Shown here in pieces: positions 10,001-18,987 of a stretch of 64,000 bases of DNA. Source of the stretch: an uncultured virus (IMG/VR IMGVR_UViG_3300018427_001843). Its lineage: Duplodnaviria; Heunggongvirae; Uroviricota; Caudoviricetes. A program made the translations under genes and the position numbers. The stretch lies in the IMG/VR virus record IMGVR_UViG_3300018427_001843; one strand, 5' to 3'. A model generated the notes under the pieces. The model was given only the letters and a program-made list of their open reading frames with translations. It was not told where the DNA came from and searched no databases. Positions within the stretch are counted from its first letter, which is position 1, and the number at the start of each line of letters is the position of its first letter.

Positions 10001-13000
10001 ACAACGATTATTACACGCCGATTATTGCATGGGATGACCCGCATTATGCGTATGCCGCTCTTTCGGTCAATGATGGGGAGCTTGTTTCGTCACAACTGGC
10101 AAACATGAGCGACTTTTATTTTGCGGTCATGAAAACAGACGAAGACGATGACGAACTTACAACGGTAAATACGGTAGACAGTGCCAAATACGGCATCACG
10201 ATGAAGCTGATAAACTTCGATGACAATACAGGCCAGAACGAACTTCTCGGAAGCTCTGCAGGAGGAGCGAACGTTCCTCCGACGCAGGGACTGCTCTCCA
10301 CGAATCTTGATGCCAACGGCTATCCTAAGGCGACCTTGACCGGCCGCTCCATGCAGGAGCTGTTCAGCGGCGCAACGGATGTCAATCATCTGTTCCTCGA
10401 GAGCACATACAGCTCTACAGGTTACTACGAATTTGACAGTACACAGAACTTTGCGAGCATCCAGCCGGACAACAACTTCAAGGTCTATAAGGCGCTGGGA
10501 ACAACAGATAGCTCGAGCAAGCCGTCCCTTAAGCATGGACAGTTTTTCCCTTATAACGACATCACCGCAGGCCACTTTGCCTCAGTGAACGGAGAGAACC
10601 TGTATGATGCAGTACTGCACAAGCTTCCGGATTCAGACCCGAGGAAATACGAAAGGCTGCATAAAGTAGACACCCCTGACTATTATTTCGGAATGGAACT
10701 TGGAGCAAGCTTCGTACAGACCCCGAGCGGGCTCGACTCATGGGGCCACGACATCATCTACGAGTTCACGGGAGACGATGACTTCTGGCTGTACGTGGAC
10801 GGAGAGCTCATTATCGATCTCGGCGGCATACACAGCGCACTTCCGGGCAGTGTAAACTATAGTACTGGTGAAGTTAATATCAATGGAACGCAGACCACGA
10901 TATATAACATATTCAAGCAGAATTATGAACAGCGAAATCCGGGCGCGTCAGAGAGTGAAGTAACGGCGTACTTGAATGATATCTTCGAGCAGAATGAGCA
11001 CGGGCAGTACTTATTCAAGGATTACACGACACATACCATGAAGATATTCTTTATGGAAAGGGGCGCTGGTGCTTCGAATATCCATATGAAGTTCAATCTG
11101 TCCTCCATCAAGCCGGGGCAGGTGATCCTCAACAAGCAGATCTCAGGAACCGAGAATGATGACTACAGACTCTCGGAATACGGTTATCAGATATATTACC
11201 AGACCGAGGAGAACGGACCATTCGAACTTCTTTCGGATACTGATGCGCGCGGACAGAAGACTGTCACATACCAGAACACAGATACACCGGTAAAGTACAA
11301 GCGGACCTATACACCTGCAGGAAGCACAACTACATATAACAATGTGTTCTTCCTTACTCCGAAGCAGAACGTGACCATAACCGTTCCGGATGAGACCATT
11401 TTCTACAAGATCGTAGAAGTCGGAGTAAATACACAGGTCTACGATGAGGTAAAGATAAATGAGACAGTCACGGAGGGCATTGATGCCGGAACTAACCGCA
11501 AGGATTACGCTACTCCGCCTGCGCGTGTAAATGAAAGGCAAAGGGTAGTCTTTGATAACCACGTCAGCCCGATCGCTGAGAGGACTCTTACGATAACCAA
11601 GAAGCTTTATGATGCTGACGGTACTCCGGTTCACGACGATCCGACGGGCTTCAGCCTAAGACTCTATCTCGGCACGGAAAACGACGATGATCCGCCTGCA
11701 GCCAATTCACATGATTATCATGTCAAGGACCCGGACGGCAATTACTGCCGCTGGGATGTTGCTTCGGGCTTTGTATCGATCGGCAAGTCTGACTACGGTC
11801 TTCTGACCGATGCGGAGAAAAATCAGGTGACCTTCATGACATCTCCTAACGGTGCCATATCCAAGATACCTGCGGACTACAAGGTCGAGGTAAGGGGCCT
11901 GCTGGTCGGAACTACGTTCAAGGTAGAAGAACGCGAGTCGGAAGTCCCTGTGGGCTATTCCTTCATAGACTATGAAAGGGAAGGCTCGTCCTACATTCTT
12001 CATGGTGAAGAGGTCAACTCCGGAACCATAAGAGATAACGAATCACCTGCGATCCTTGTCAACAACAGAAGAGGCATTGGCTTCTCTGTAAAGAAAGACT
12101 GGTCCGATTCGGGCTTCGTAAAAAAGCACGACAGAACATTCTTCGGAGTGTATGCAAACGGCAGTCTCCTCCCGGGCTCGGTAAAATGCCTTCCTGCAGG
12201 AAAGAGCAGGCTGAACTGGTATTTCGACACGATCGGAGCCGGTATCAGCATCAACGACTGCAGGGTAATGGAGGTCACTCTTACCGGAGCATATACAGTT
12301 AACGGAGAAAATGTTATCGGAGTTTATGCCGCACACCCTCTTGACAACGGAGACACCGTTGAAATAGGTGCGACCGGCATGGCAGACGAAAGTCTGAGTT
12401 ACATCTATACGGTTACATATGCTGAGGGCGTCTATTCTGGCCCGGCAAACAACATAAGATCCGATTCGGTCACCAACTCAAGACACGGCATCAGACTCGT
12501 CAAGACCGACATGGACGATGAGCCTCTTGAGGGAGCCGAATTCACGCTCGTAAACAGCAGCGGATCCGCAGTCGGTTCGGGAACATATACCTCAGGCGCT
12601 GACGGACTTATCACGACGGCCTATGTGAATGTAGGCACCGGATATACTCTGCAAGAAAACAGCACAGCCCGGGGATATCAGCCTGTAGCAGACAGCATCA
12701 GTTTCATACAGAACGCGGACGGTACCGTTTCGGTAACGGACGGAAATGCCGCCTGCACGGTCATACAGGGCGAAAACGGAAGCATGCCGGAGATCCGCAT
12801 CAAGAACAGACCGTTCACCCTTAAGGCAGTCAAGCTTAGCGATACGGGCACGCCGCTCGGCAATGCGCATTTCGCACTGCATAAGGAGGTCACAATCGGA
12901 GGGTCTCCGACGATGTCGTTCGATCCGATGCCGGGCTATGAGGATCTGATCTCCTCTTCATCTGACGGAGTCATCCCTAAGATAACGGAAGCACTTCCGC

Positions 13001-13326
13001 CGGGAACATATTACATCAAGGAAACCGGTGCGCCGGATTCATACGACGTCCTTGAAAACCCTGTCAAGCTGACAATAAGCGAAAAGGGAATCGTCACCCT
13101 GCAGACATCTGACGGAGCCCGTCTCCAGTCACAGACAGCTGCATCGGGAACGATGGAATATACGCTGAGCATAGACAACAAACTGTCCGTCATAGTCCCA
13201 TCGGGCTTTGAGCAGGACAAGGGCCCGTACATCATGCTCCTTGCCGCAGCCGCAGTTGTCCTTCTGATTTCAGCTGCGTTTGCTTTGTTTGCTGATCGAA
13301 GAAAAGATGTTGACGATGTCAAATAA
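7069..13326 (+). CDS. Large sortase-anchored adhesin with fibro-slime/PA14 and SpaA/CnaB domains
   Basis: Signal peptide; 'FTGDDDFWLYVDGELIIDLGGIH'; 'LEGAEFTL' and 'GTYYIKETGAP'; VPSG + TM + RRK. Confidence 0.8.
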   Translation: MMRKTVVIMVSIFLILQASIPVWAEDDVSFDPMSAEAASEEVMESSTEAEEAPINVEEKETAETAETAETAEESTAPEKTEEEVTTTDDAVAVEEIEEAPAYVPELTYKSKDFTITANGQFEEGTELVAEPLDPEKDDLEQYEKDTAEKVKEDLDETVKNIDLYDIYLLHGSDRFEPSEEVTITITYKKKMDAPDRMRIVHFKEEEDKEEPIILETETSDKEITFATDSFSIYAVVEIEEPAPPEYTPAEAVTELDGNDYILSVTKNNTSRTYYFQDTIAEGNKIAKTNANDIRSAAAWSFEKVSGSENKYVIFLKGEGGARTYMCMNDSGNMSLSQNAGTEFTIELYNNQSGKFYIYKAVGTSKYGLNMFGGESGKGFAGWSGKDDGSAIMMAEVPEEPEQLEEPAKEDKALTKDLEYKDDKCSARLESSEGFEEGTSLCVKEIDKTSDKYGDYLMQSTDVTGLSAGLTFCRIFDISLIKDGKETEPDSTVTVTIKLNERLDSPQVVHFEGDNEEPTVLEAEVSGKKITFETDSFSAYSIVEGPDPANLGLEKVMDIDDLTTTSFYMSHSAGYFFTNQPFNINNSRKGVKKTQLTENPLEAASKYTFEDAGNGKYYIYCIGTSGNRQYLRNNSNNSLLFSDTPVTAFTVELKEPGIILIHNGNWYVNMQGGVNGKAFACYGTNAASDVNSQLCLWTKEDITSDPYGLSGMTYGLMRYTGGSLGKAMMGNSDGTSLDAEILQVMSKESDRNDHIYVPQDSDISMWTFEWADNDNYYLTSEGKYLCIDDGKVTMSDDPVAVTVIPGNGDYSGRIRISSGDESIKYGGSLDAGFIAASDISSDSWLYLVEETPLTPEYKMTYTANKVSVSDTVNVANGKQVVIYTREWNRRLKKYEFYAIDHDGTLVPCTDTGDTIQWIGNAMNTLLWDFTEYYYEDTTTPNHYYDLRNAYSGKYLAPQVEGGQILSDSPIGVNMSGRRYNDYYTPIIAWDDPHYAYAALSVNDGELVSSQLANMSDFYFAVMKTDEDDDELTTVNTVDSAKYGITMKLINFDDNTGQNELLGSSAGGANVPPTQGLLSTNLDANGYPKATLTGRSMQELFSGATDVNHLFLESTYSSTGYYEFDSTQNFASIQPDNNFKVYKALGTTDSSSKPSLKHGQFFPYNDITAGHFASVNGENLYDAVLHKLPDSDPRKYERLHKVDTPDYYFGMELGASFVQTPSGLDSWGHDIIYEFTGDDDFWLYVDGELIIDLGGIHSALPGSVNYSTGEVNINGTQTTIYNIFKQNYEQRNPGASESEVTAYLNDIFEQNEHGQYLFKDYTTHTMKIFFMERGAGASNIHMKFNLSSIKPGQVILNKQISGTENDDYRLSEYGYQIYYQTEENGPFELLSDTDARGQKTVTYQNTDTPVKYKRTYTPAGSTTTYNNVFFLTPKQNVTITVPDETIFYKIVEVGVNTQVYDEVKINETVTEGIDAGTNRKDYATPPARVNERQRVVFDNHVSPIAERTLTITKKLYDADGTPVHDDPTGFSLRLYLGTENDDDPPAANSHDYHVKDPDGNYCRWDVASGFVSIGKSDYGLLTDAEKNQVTFMTSPNGAISKIPADYKVEVRGLLVGTTFKVEERESEVPVGYSFIDYEREGSSYILHGEEVNSGTIRDNESPAILVNNRRGIGFSVKKDWSDSGFVKKHDRTFFGVYANGSLLPGSVKCLPAGKSRLNWYFDTIGAGISINDCRVMEVTLTGAYTVNGENVIGVYAAHPLDNGDTVEIGATGMADESLSYIYTVTYAEGVYSGPANNIRSDSVTNSRHGIRLVKTDMDDEPLEGAEFTLVNSSGSAVGSGTYTSGADGLITTAYVNVGTGYTLQENSTARGYQPVADSISFIQNADGTVSVTDGNAACTVIQGENGSMPEIRIKNRPFTLKAVKLSDTGTPLGNAHFALHKEVTIGGSPTMSFDPMPGYEDLISSSSDGVIPKITEALPPGTYYIKETGAPDSYDVLENPVKLTISEKGIVTLQTSDGARLQSQTAASGTMEYTLSIDNKLSVIVPSGFEQDKGPYIMLLAAAAVVLLISAAFALFADRRKDVDDVK

Positions 13327-13540
13327 CAGAAAAACTAGGCGCACCTTTTCAAACGGGAGAGGGCGCCCAATCATTTCTTAGGAGAAACCAATGGAAGCCG
13401 CTCTATAGTAAGCATCCTCGCTTGTAGCCCGGAACAGGGCAGTGAGTGCTACAGAGAAAAGAATTTTTCCAAGACAGACAGTGATATATTTAACAAGTCT
13501 TTCTTTCACGGAATTATATCAAATTGGTATAAATATTCAC

Positions 13541-13568
13541 TTGCAATACGCGGTAAACAATATATAAT
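13541..13568 (+). promoter_or_regulatory. SigA-type promoter
   Basis: TTGCAA-16 nt-TATAAT in an AT-rich region. Confidence 0.5.
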
Positions 13569-13594
13569 AATAGTGTGTTGGAATGGATATATTC

Positions 13595-13642
13595 GCAGGA
13601 ATACCTGCTTTTTAAGCTGCTCAGAGAAGCAGCTTTTTTGTT
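13595..13642 (+). terminator. Two tandem terminator-like hairpins
   Basis: GCAGG-aata-CCTGC-T5 and AAGCTGCT-cagaga-AGCAGCTT-TTTT. Confidence 0.55.
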
Positions 13643-13652
13643 TATACGGAAT

Positions 13653-13925
13653 ATGGCGAAATATATAGTCGACACAGAGAAAGTTGAACGCCTGATGCTG
13701 AACCGCGACATGACTGTAAAAGCACTGCTTTCTGCTGCAGAAATGTCCCCGATGACATGGTGGAGAGTCATGCGCGACCAGCAACCGACAGGCCTCTGCA
13801 ACGTAGCCGTTCTGGCTTATGCTTTGGGTGTAAATCCCAAAGAACTGATGCTCAAAAAAATCGAAGAACCAAAAAAAGAGAAAACCAAGAAGAAAGCCGA
13901 AAAAGATCATGATAAAGTTCAGTAA
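13653..13925 (+). CDS. XRE/Cro-like HTH regulator
   Basis: 'MTVKALLSAAEMSPMTWWRV...LAYALGVNPKEL'. Confidence 0.7.
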   Translation: MAKYIVDTEKVERLMLNRDMTVKALLSAAEMSPMTWWRVMRDQQPTGLCNVAVLAYALGVNPKELMLKKIEEPKKEKTKKKAEKDHDKVQ

Positions 13926-14487
13926 ATACAGAAACGTAAAGGATTTTCACCTAACTGACGAAGTATACGCAAGGACACTGAGGGCCTTCCGCAGACTGGA
14001 GATCCTGAAGATGGAGCTCGACAGAAAGCAGGAGGAGCAGAGACTGAAATACGGCGACGGAGTCCCGTACAGAAGCTCGTCTCTGTTTGAAAACGATGTG
14101 CGCTCTTTCGGGGGCTCACAGATGTCTCCGCAGGAGAGGGTGACCATTCAGTTTGATGAAGATGAAAGTGCGCTCCTAAGACTCAGCATAAGAGTATCTG
14201 AACTGGAAACGGCTTTGCAGTCCGCTCTGGATGCGGCGATCGCACAGGCAAGCATCAGCATAAGACCGAGAGTCAAGAAAGGCCTTGAAAGAAATCTGGT
14301 CGAGGGTATCCCTGCAAGCATGATAAAAGGAATCTCCGGACATACTCTTGCAAAATACCGCAGGATCGCCATCATAAACGCAGCAATAAATCTCGAGTAC
14401 ATTCAGTATGATGAAACCGAATTCTTCGGAAGCAGCGTATCTGCTGATTATGCTCTTCCAAGGCTGAGCGCCTCTACAGGCCAGTGA
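13909..14487 (+). CDS. Putative ArpU/RinA-like transcriptional activator
   Basis: Coiled N-terminus, 'GGSQMSPQERV', C-terminal 'GISGHTLAKYRRIAI' HTH-like pattern; overlaps the XRE gene. Confidence 0.4.
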   Translation: MIKFSKYRNVKDFHLTDEVYARTLRAFRRLEILKMELDRKQEEQRLKYGDGVPYRSSSLFENDVRSFGGSQMSPQERVTIQFDEDESALLRLSIRVSELETALQSALDAAIAQASISIRPRVKKGLERNLVEGIPASMIKGISGHTLAKYRRIAIINAAINLEYIQYDETEFFGSSVSADYALPRLSASTGQ

Positions 14488-14512
14488 AATCCCCAAATTA
14501 ATACGGAAAAAT

Positions 14513-14550
14513 AAGCCCGCTGGAAAGCCATGCGCTTTAGGCGGGCTTTT
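14513..14550 (+). terminator. Terminator-like hairpin
   Basis: AAGCCCGC...GCGGGCTTTT. Confidence 0.55.
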
Positions 14551-14552
14551 GT

Positions 14553-14594
14553 GTCGGTAAAGGTTTTTCTGCGGTTCGATTCCGCAGGCCGTCA
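14553..14594 (+). ncRNA. tRNA-like minihelix, copy 2
   Basis: GTCGGT-AAAGGTTTTT-CTGCGG-TTCGATT-CCGCAG-GCCGTC-A. Confidence 0.6.
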
Positions 14595-14625
14595 GAAAAT
14601 ACAGAAAAGAAAGAGGTAATTAAAG

Positions 14626-15045
14626 ATGGAAAATAACGAAATCAAAGAAAAGGCAGCAGTTGCAGCCGATGCGGCAAAGGACGCAGCAAAAGAAGCCGCC
14701 AATGCGGTAGCCGATGCGGCAAAGGACGCCGGCGAAAGAATCACGGACGCTGTAGATAAGGCGGATGATGTTATCTCTCCTTCGATGGAAGCAACACCTG
14801 AGGGAAAGATTGTCAAGATGAACAAGCACGTCTTCGTATGGGTGTTCACATGGCTCCTCGGAGCTGCCGGCATCGACAGATTCATCAGAGGCCAGATCGG
14901 ACTCGGAATCCTCAAGCTCCTGACAGGCGGCGGCCTCGGAGTCTGGGCCCTCGTGGATTGGATCATCGGCCTTGTCAAGGTATACGGCAGCTCGTACGGA
15001 CAGGATGAAGAGGTAGTCTTCATTGACGGCAAATACGCAAAATAG
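14626..15045 (+). CDS. TM2-domain membrane protein
   Basis: '[35 protein letters not shown]'. Confidence 0.85.
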   Translation: MENNEIKEKAAVAADAAKDAAKEAANAVADAAKDAGERITDAVDKADDVISPSMEATPEGKIVKMNKHVFVWVFTWLLGAAGIDRFIRGQIGLGILKLLTGGGLGVWALVDWIIGLVKVYGSSYGQDEEVVFIDGKYAK

Positions 15046-15051
15046 CAAAAG

Positions 15052-15142
15052 GCCCACCCGGGGAGGCGCAAATCCCCGGGCCACAGGTCAAAGACCTGAC
15101 CTCGTCAATTATGCCCCCTGCGGGGAGGGCAATATCCCCGCA
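15052..15142 (+). ncRNA. Composite element: pseudoknot A + hairpin + pseudoknot B, copy 2
   Basis: GCCCACCCGGGGAGGCGCAAATCCCCGGG ... GCCCCCTGCGGGGAGGGCAATATCCCCGCA. Confidence 0.55.
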
Positions 15143-15184
15143 ATCTCGCTTATGAAAAAGGGACAGAAAAAGGAAGGTTCAACC

Positions 15185-15820
15185 ATGATTAGAAAGCTTG
15201 CTGCAGTGACATTTTCACTGCTTTTGGTTTGCATAAGTTTCGCTCCTGCATTTGCAGCAAGCGAAAAGGACTCCTTTTCTCCGGTATCTTTAAATATCGA
15301 GGGAAGGCACATAGTAGAAAACAACGAGACTCTCAAAGACGGTAGGCACACCTTCGTTCTGACTGCAAAAGACGGCGCCCCGATGCCTGAGGGTTCAGAA
15401 AAGGGAGTAAAAAAGGTAACGATAAACTCAAACGAGGCCTTTGATTTCGGAGAAATGACCTTTAACAGGCAGGGAATCTACGAGTATTCGGTCACCAGAG
15501 AGATAATCGAAAGCGATACCCTGAAAATGGATGACTCTGAATACACATGCAACATAGCCGTATTTGCTGACGGCACCTATGCAATGGTCTTCGGAGAAAA
15601 GGGCGTTGAAGGAAAGCCAAACAAAATAGAATACACCGACACATACCACGAACCGGAACCTATACCTGAGCCGGAAGATGAAGAGTCAACTCCTGTAAAG
15701 AAGGTGGTGAAGAAAATCCAGACAGGTGAAAACATGTCGGTCATCATCTATGCCTGCGCCGGTGCGGCAGCAGCCCTCGCAGCAGTCTTCCTGCTTAGAA
15801 AGAAGAAAAAAGACGAATAA
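15185..15820 (+). CDS. Minor/basal pilin (FctB-like, single Spy0128-type domain)
   Basis: Signal peptide, 'FDFGEMTFNRQGIYEYSV', Pro-rich linker, IQTG + TM + KKKK. Confidence 0.7.
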   Translation: MIRKLAAVTFSLLLVCISFAPAFAASEKDSFSPVSLNIEGRHIVENNETLKDGRHTFVLTAKDGAPMPEGSEKGVKKVTINSNEAFDFGEMTFNRQGIYEYSVTREIIESDTLKMDDSEYTCNIAVFADGTYAMVFGEKGVEGKPNKIEYTDTYHEPEPIPEPEDEESTPVKKVVKKIQTGENMSVIIYACAGAAAALAAVFLLRKKKKDE

Positions 15821-16010
15821 TCTGAGTCAGAAACGAAGGCCCGCAGGGGCCTTCTTTCTTTATAGCGCCTTGCGCCGCTGCATGTATTGGGACAGGGCGC
15901 CAAGCAAGGGAGCGCTTTTTATGCCCCCCAACCCTCACAGTATTTCTGCGACACTCCACCAGCCGCAGAAAACAAAAGTCATCTTATTAATAAGAAAGGA
16001 ACAAACTACT

Positions 16011-17123
16011 ATGAGAAAGTTATTTACAGTTGCACTCTCTCTGGCGATGGTACTTTCGATGTCGGCAGCAGTTTTCGCTGCAGGATCATCGAATCCGGCT
16101 AATCCGGCAACAGGCAACCAGATCGTAATTGAGAAAAACCTGAAGGTTTCAAATCCAAACCTTACATCAGTTGACGGCCCAGGCCTCACAATGAACTACG
16201 CTATCGCTCCTGTAGCTCCTGCAGCTAACAACGGCGGTACAACTATCACAGACGCTCAGAGCCACACAGGTGCAGTTCATCAGGGTCCTGCAGACGGTGT
16301 TACTCTTTCCGCAAGCTCCATTTCGTGGCCTATCGGAACAGCAGTAGACGCTTCCGCAGCTGGTGCTGACAACGTAAAGAGCATCACAGCTAACGTTGAC
16401 CTGACAAAGTTCTCCGTTCCTGGCATCTACAGATATGAGCTGACAGAGACAGTCGGAACAGACACATCTGCAACAGGCGCTGCAGGCGAGACAAGATATA
16501 TCGATGTATATATCGCTAACGCTGCAAGCGGCACAGGTCTCGAGGTAAAGGGCGTTGTAATGCACAACGGCGAAACAGCTGAAGGCAAGCCATCCCAAAA
16601 GGCTACATTCGGAGATGAAACATTCGAAACAGTAAACATCACTCTCCAGAAGACTGTAAGCGGAAACATGGCTGACAAGAACAACCAGTTCCCATTCACA
16701 GCTACAACTTCTGATAACGGCAGATATCACTATGCTAAGAAGGCTGAAGCTCCTACAGCAGTAAACGACAATAAGAAGGCTGAAGGAACAGAGAGCACAA
16801 CTCTTGCTCACACTGAGATGTACTACATCAGCGGTCTTTCACACGAAGCAGCAGTAGCTTATGAGGAAACTAACAACACTCAGGACACATACCAGACAAG
16901 CATCACAGGCGGAACAGCTTCCGCAGCATCCGCTGTAGCAGCTGGCGCAACAAAGGCTATGGCTTCGACAGATGTTGACAATTCTGCAGAAGTAGTCTTC
17001 AACAACGCACTTGAGGAAGTATCCCCAACAGGCGTTATCATGAGATTCGGCCCTTACATCGGAATGATCGTTATTGCAGCGGCTCTCGTTCTGATGAACA
17101 GAAAGGCTAAGACGCAGAGATAG
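16011..17123 (+). CDS. Backbone pilin, paralogue of 2142..3386
   Basis: 'VDLTKFSVPGIYRY', 'TLQKTVSGN', 'LEEVSPTG' + TM; RBS AAAGGA. Confidence 0.8.
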   Translation: MRKLFTVALSLAMVLSMSAAVFAAGSSNPANPATGNQIVIEKNLKVSNPNLTSVDGPGLTMNYAIAPVAPAANNGGTTITDAQSHTGAVHQGPADGVTLSASSISWPIGTAVDASAAGADNVKSITANVDLTKFSVPGIYRYELTETVGTDTSATGAAGETRYIDVYIANAASGTGLEVKGVVMHNGETAEGKPSQKATFGDETFETVNITLQKTVSGNMADKNNQFPFTATTSDNGRYHYAKKAEAPTAVNDNKKAEGTESTTLAHTEMYYISGLSHEAAVAYEETNNTQDTYQTSITGGTASAASAVAAGATKAMASTDVDNSAEVVFNNALEEVSPTGVIMRFGPYIGMIVIAAALVLMNRKAKTQR

Positions 17124-17160
17124 TCTCCTGAGACTATTTAACATGCGCGGTGGCACCATC

Positions 17161-17206
17161 AAGCTCTTCTTCTGCATTTTTTAATGCAGGGGAAGAGCTT
17201 TCTTTT
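17161..17206 (+). terminator. Intrinsic terminator after the pilin gene
   Basis: AAGCTCTTCTTCTGCATT / AATGCAGGGGAAGAGCTT followed by a T-rich tail. Confidence 0.7.
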
Positions 17207-17225
17207 ACAAGGCGCATAAGGTGGA

Positions 17226-17545
17226 ATCAACCACCCACCGCTTAGGCTAACGCCTTGAAGCGGGGGCTTGTGAAAACACAAGTCAGTTGATTAGCCTAAG
17301 TGCTTCGAGCACTACGTTATCCGCGAATGGCTGCGACCAAATAGGTACGTCAGGATACTCCACAAGTTCTGACCTCTACGGATATGCGTTAAACATCGGT
17401 GAGGGTAGCCGAAGTGCGTATATCATCAAACCGCGGAATAACATTGGCGATGTGGACACCGCCCTACGGGGCGAGGATCCGCATACACGCCTCTACGGAA
17501 AAACGGTATGCGGAAGCCGTAAGGCAAAGTACGTTAGAGCAAAAG
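17226..17545 (+). ncRNA. omega-RNA (HEARO-type) scaffold of IscB; 3' end approximate
   Basis: ATCAACCACCC...GTTGATTAGCCTAAG...CTACGTT...AACATTGGCGATG hallmark segments directly upstream of iscB. Confidence 0.85.
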
Positions 17546-17567
17546 TAAGAAGAGAAAGGAGGAGCGT

Positions 17568-18917
17568 ATGACGACCTTTGTCATCTCGGCAGAGGGCGAA
17601 AAGCTGATGCCGACGACAAACATCAGGAAGATAAGAAAGCTCCTCCGCTCCGGAAGAGCAAAGATCGTGAAGAACGCGCCGTTCACCGTACAGCTTCTGT
17701 ACGAGAGCGGAAACGCTGTGCAGCCTATCGAATTTACAGAGGATACCGGCTATCAGTATATCGGAGCCTCTCTCAAGTCGGAGAAACACGAATACGTAAG
17801 CGCCGAGTATACGCTTCTTAAAAACGAGAAGCAGCATCACGATGACCAGCGCCGCGAGGTGAGACGTCCTCGGCGAAACAGAAAGCGCTATCGCAAGGCG
17901 CGCTTTGATAACAGGAGAAGACCTGAAAGCTGGCTCGCGCCGTCGCTCAGAAACAAGGCGGACCGCCACGTTGACATCTTCAGGATGTATTATGCGGTAT
18001 GCCCAATAATGAGCGTCTCGCTGGAGATGGGCCAGTTCGATCCGGCGGTCCTTGACGCTATCGAGCAGGGGAAGCCTGTACCTGAGGGAGCTGATTACCA
18101 GTATGGCCCTCGCTACGGCTATGACACACTGAGAGAAGCAGTCTTCACAAGAGACGGCTACAGATGCCTTTGCTGCGGTAAGTCGGCTATAGACGACGGA
18201 GTCATACTTCGCATACATCACGTAGGCTTCCGCACGGGCGACAGATCCAACAGGCTTAGCAATCTCGCATCAGTATGCGAGAAGTGCCACAGTCCGAAGA
18301 ACCATAAGCCGGGCGGAAAGCTCTGGGATCTGAAGCCGCCTAAAGGTACGGCATCCGCAGCGTATATGAACACCGTAAAGTGGCATATTCTCGAAGAGAT
18401 AAAGGCCTTCGGTATAGAGACCCATATCACCTACGGTGCCGTGACGAAGCGCACGAGACTTGATCTCAATATCGGAAAGTCTCACGCAAACGATGCCTAT
18501 TGTATCGGCAATATGAGACCGAAACACCGCACAAGGACGCAGTGCGTTGAGAAGCGCCGCCGCAACAACCGCATACTTGAGAAGTTCTACGATGCGAAGT
18601 ATGTGGATGTACGTGACGACAAAGCGAAGAAGGCGGCGGAGCTCGGATGTAACCGCACGTCGAGATCCATACCGCGAAACAACCCTCAGAACGAGCGCAC
18701 CTTCCGCGGGAAGAAGATATCCAAAGGCAGGCGCAGTATCCGCATGCAGAGATATTTGTATCAGCCAGGCGATATTGTCATCTTCGGTGGAGAGAAGCGC
18801 ATGGTCAAGGGCACTCACAACAAGGGTGCAAGCGTAAAGCTTATTGGAGGTGGCGATATTTCGCCGAGAAAGATAAAACTCCATCACCATGTTGGCGGCT
18901 GGAGACAAGCAGTTTAA
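17568..18917 (+). CDS. iscB: RNA-guided endonuclease IscB
   Basis: 'KLMP' N-terminus, RuvC-I 'EDTG', Arg-rich bridge helix, RuvC-II 'LEMGQFD', HNH 'CLCC..HH..N..N..CEKCH', RuvC-III 'SHANDA'. Confidence 0.92.
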   Translation: MTTFVISAEGEKLMPTTNIRKIRKLLRSGRAKIVKNAPFTVQLLYESGNAVQPIEFTEDTGYQYIGASLKSEKHEYVSAEYTLLKNEKQHHDDQRREVRRPRRNRKRYRKARFDNRRRPESWLAPSLRNKADRHVDIFRMYYAVCPIMSVSLEMGQFDPAVLDAIEQGKPVPEGADYQYGPRYGYDTLREAVFTRDGYRCLCCGKSAIDDGVILRIHHVGFRTGDRSNRLSNLASVCEKCHSPKNHKPGGKLWDLKPPKGTASAAYMNTVKWHILEEIKAFGIETHITYGAVTKRTRLDLNIGKSHANDAYCIGNMRPKHRTRTQCVEKRRRNNRILEKFYDAKYVDVRDDKAKKAAELGCNRTSRSIPRNNPQNERTFRGKKISKGRRSIRMQRYLYQPGDIVIFGGEKRMVKGTHNKGASVKLIGGGDISPRKIKLHHHVGGWRQAV

Positions 18918-18987
18918 TACCATGGGCGCATTCCTCCGCGGCTTACAGACGCCGCGGTCTCCTGCGCTGCACAACGAGAGAGGTTTT

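Larger units (their letters stand above)
17226..18987 (+). mobile_element. Non-autonomous IS200/IS605-family element carrying iscB (no tnpA); right boundary approximate
   Basis: Left-end hairpin 17234-17266; right-end hairpin CCGCGGC/GCCGCGG at 18936-18957 followed by TCTCCTGCGC. Confidence 0.8.

Noticed and set aside
13395..13460. HDV-like ribozyme (TCCTCGC)
   Set aside because: Folds as a simple long hairpin; the nested double pseudoknot could not be built
17568..18917. Cas9 or TnpB call
   Set aside because: 449 aa, PLMP-like N-terminus, HNH inside a split RuvC and an upstream omega-RNA identify IscB
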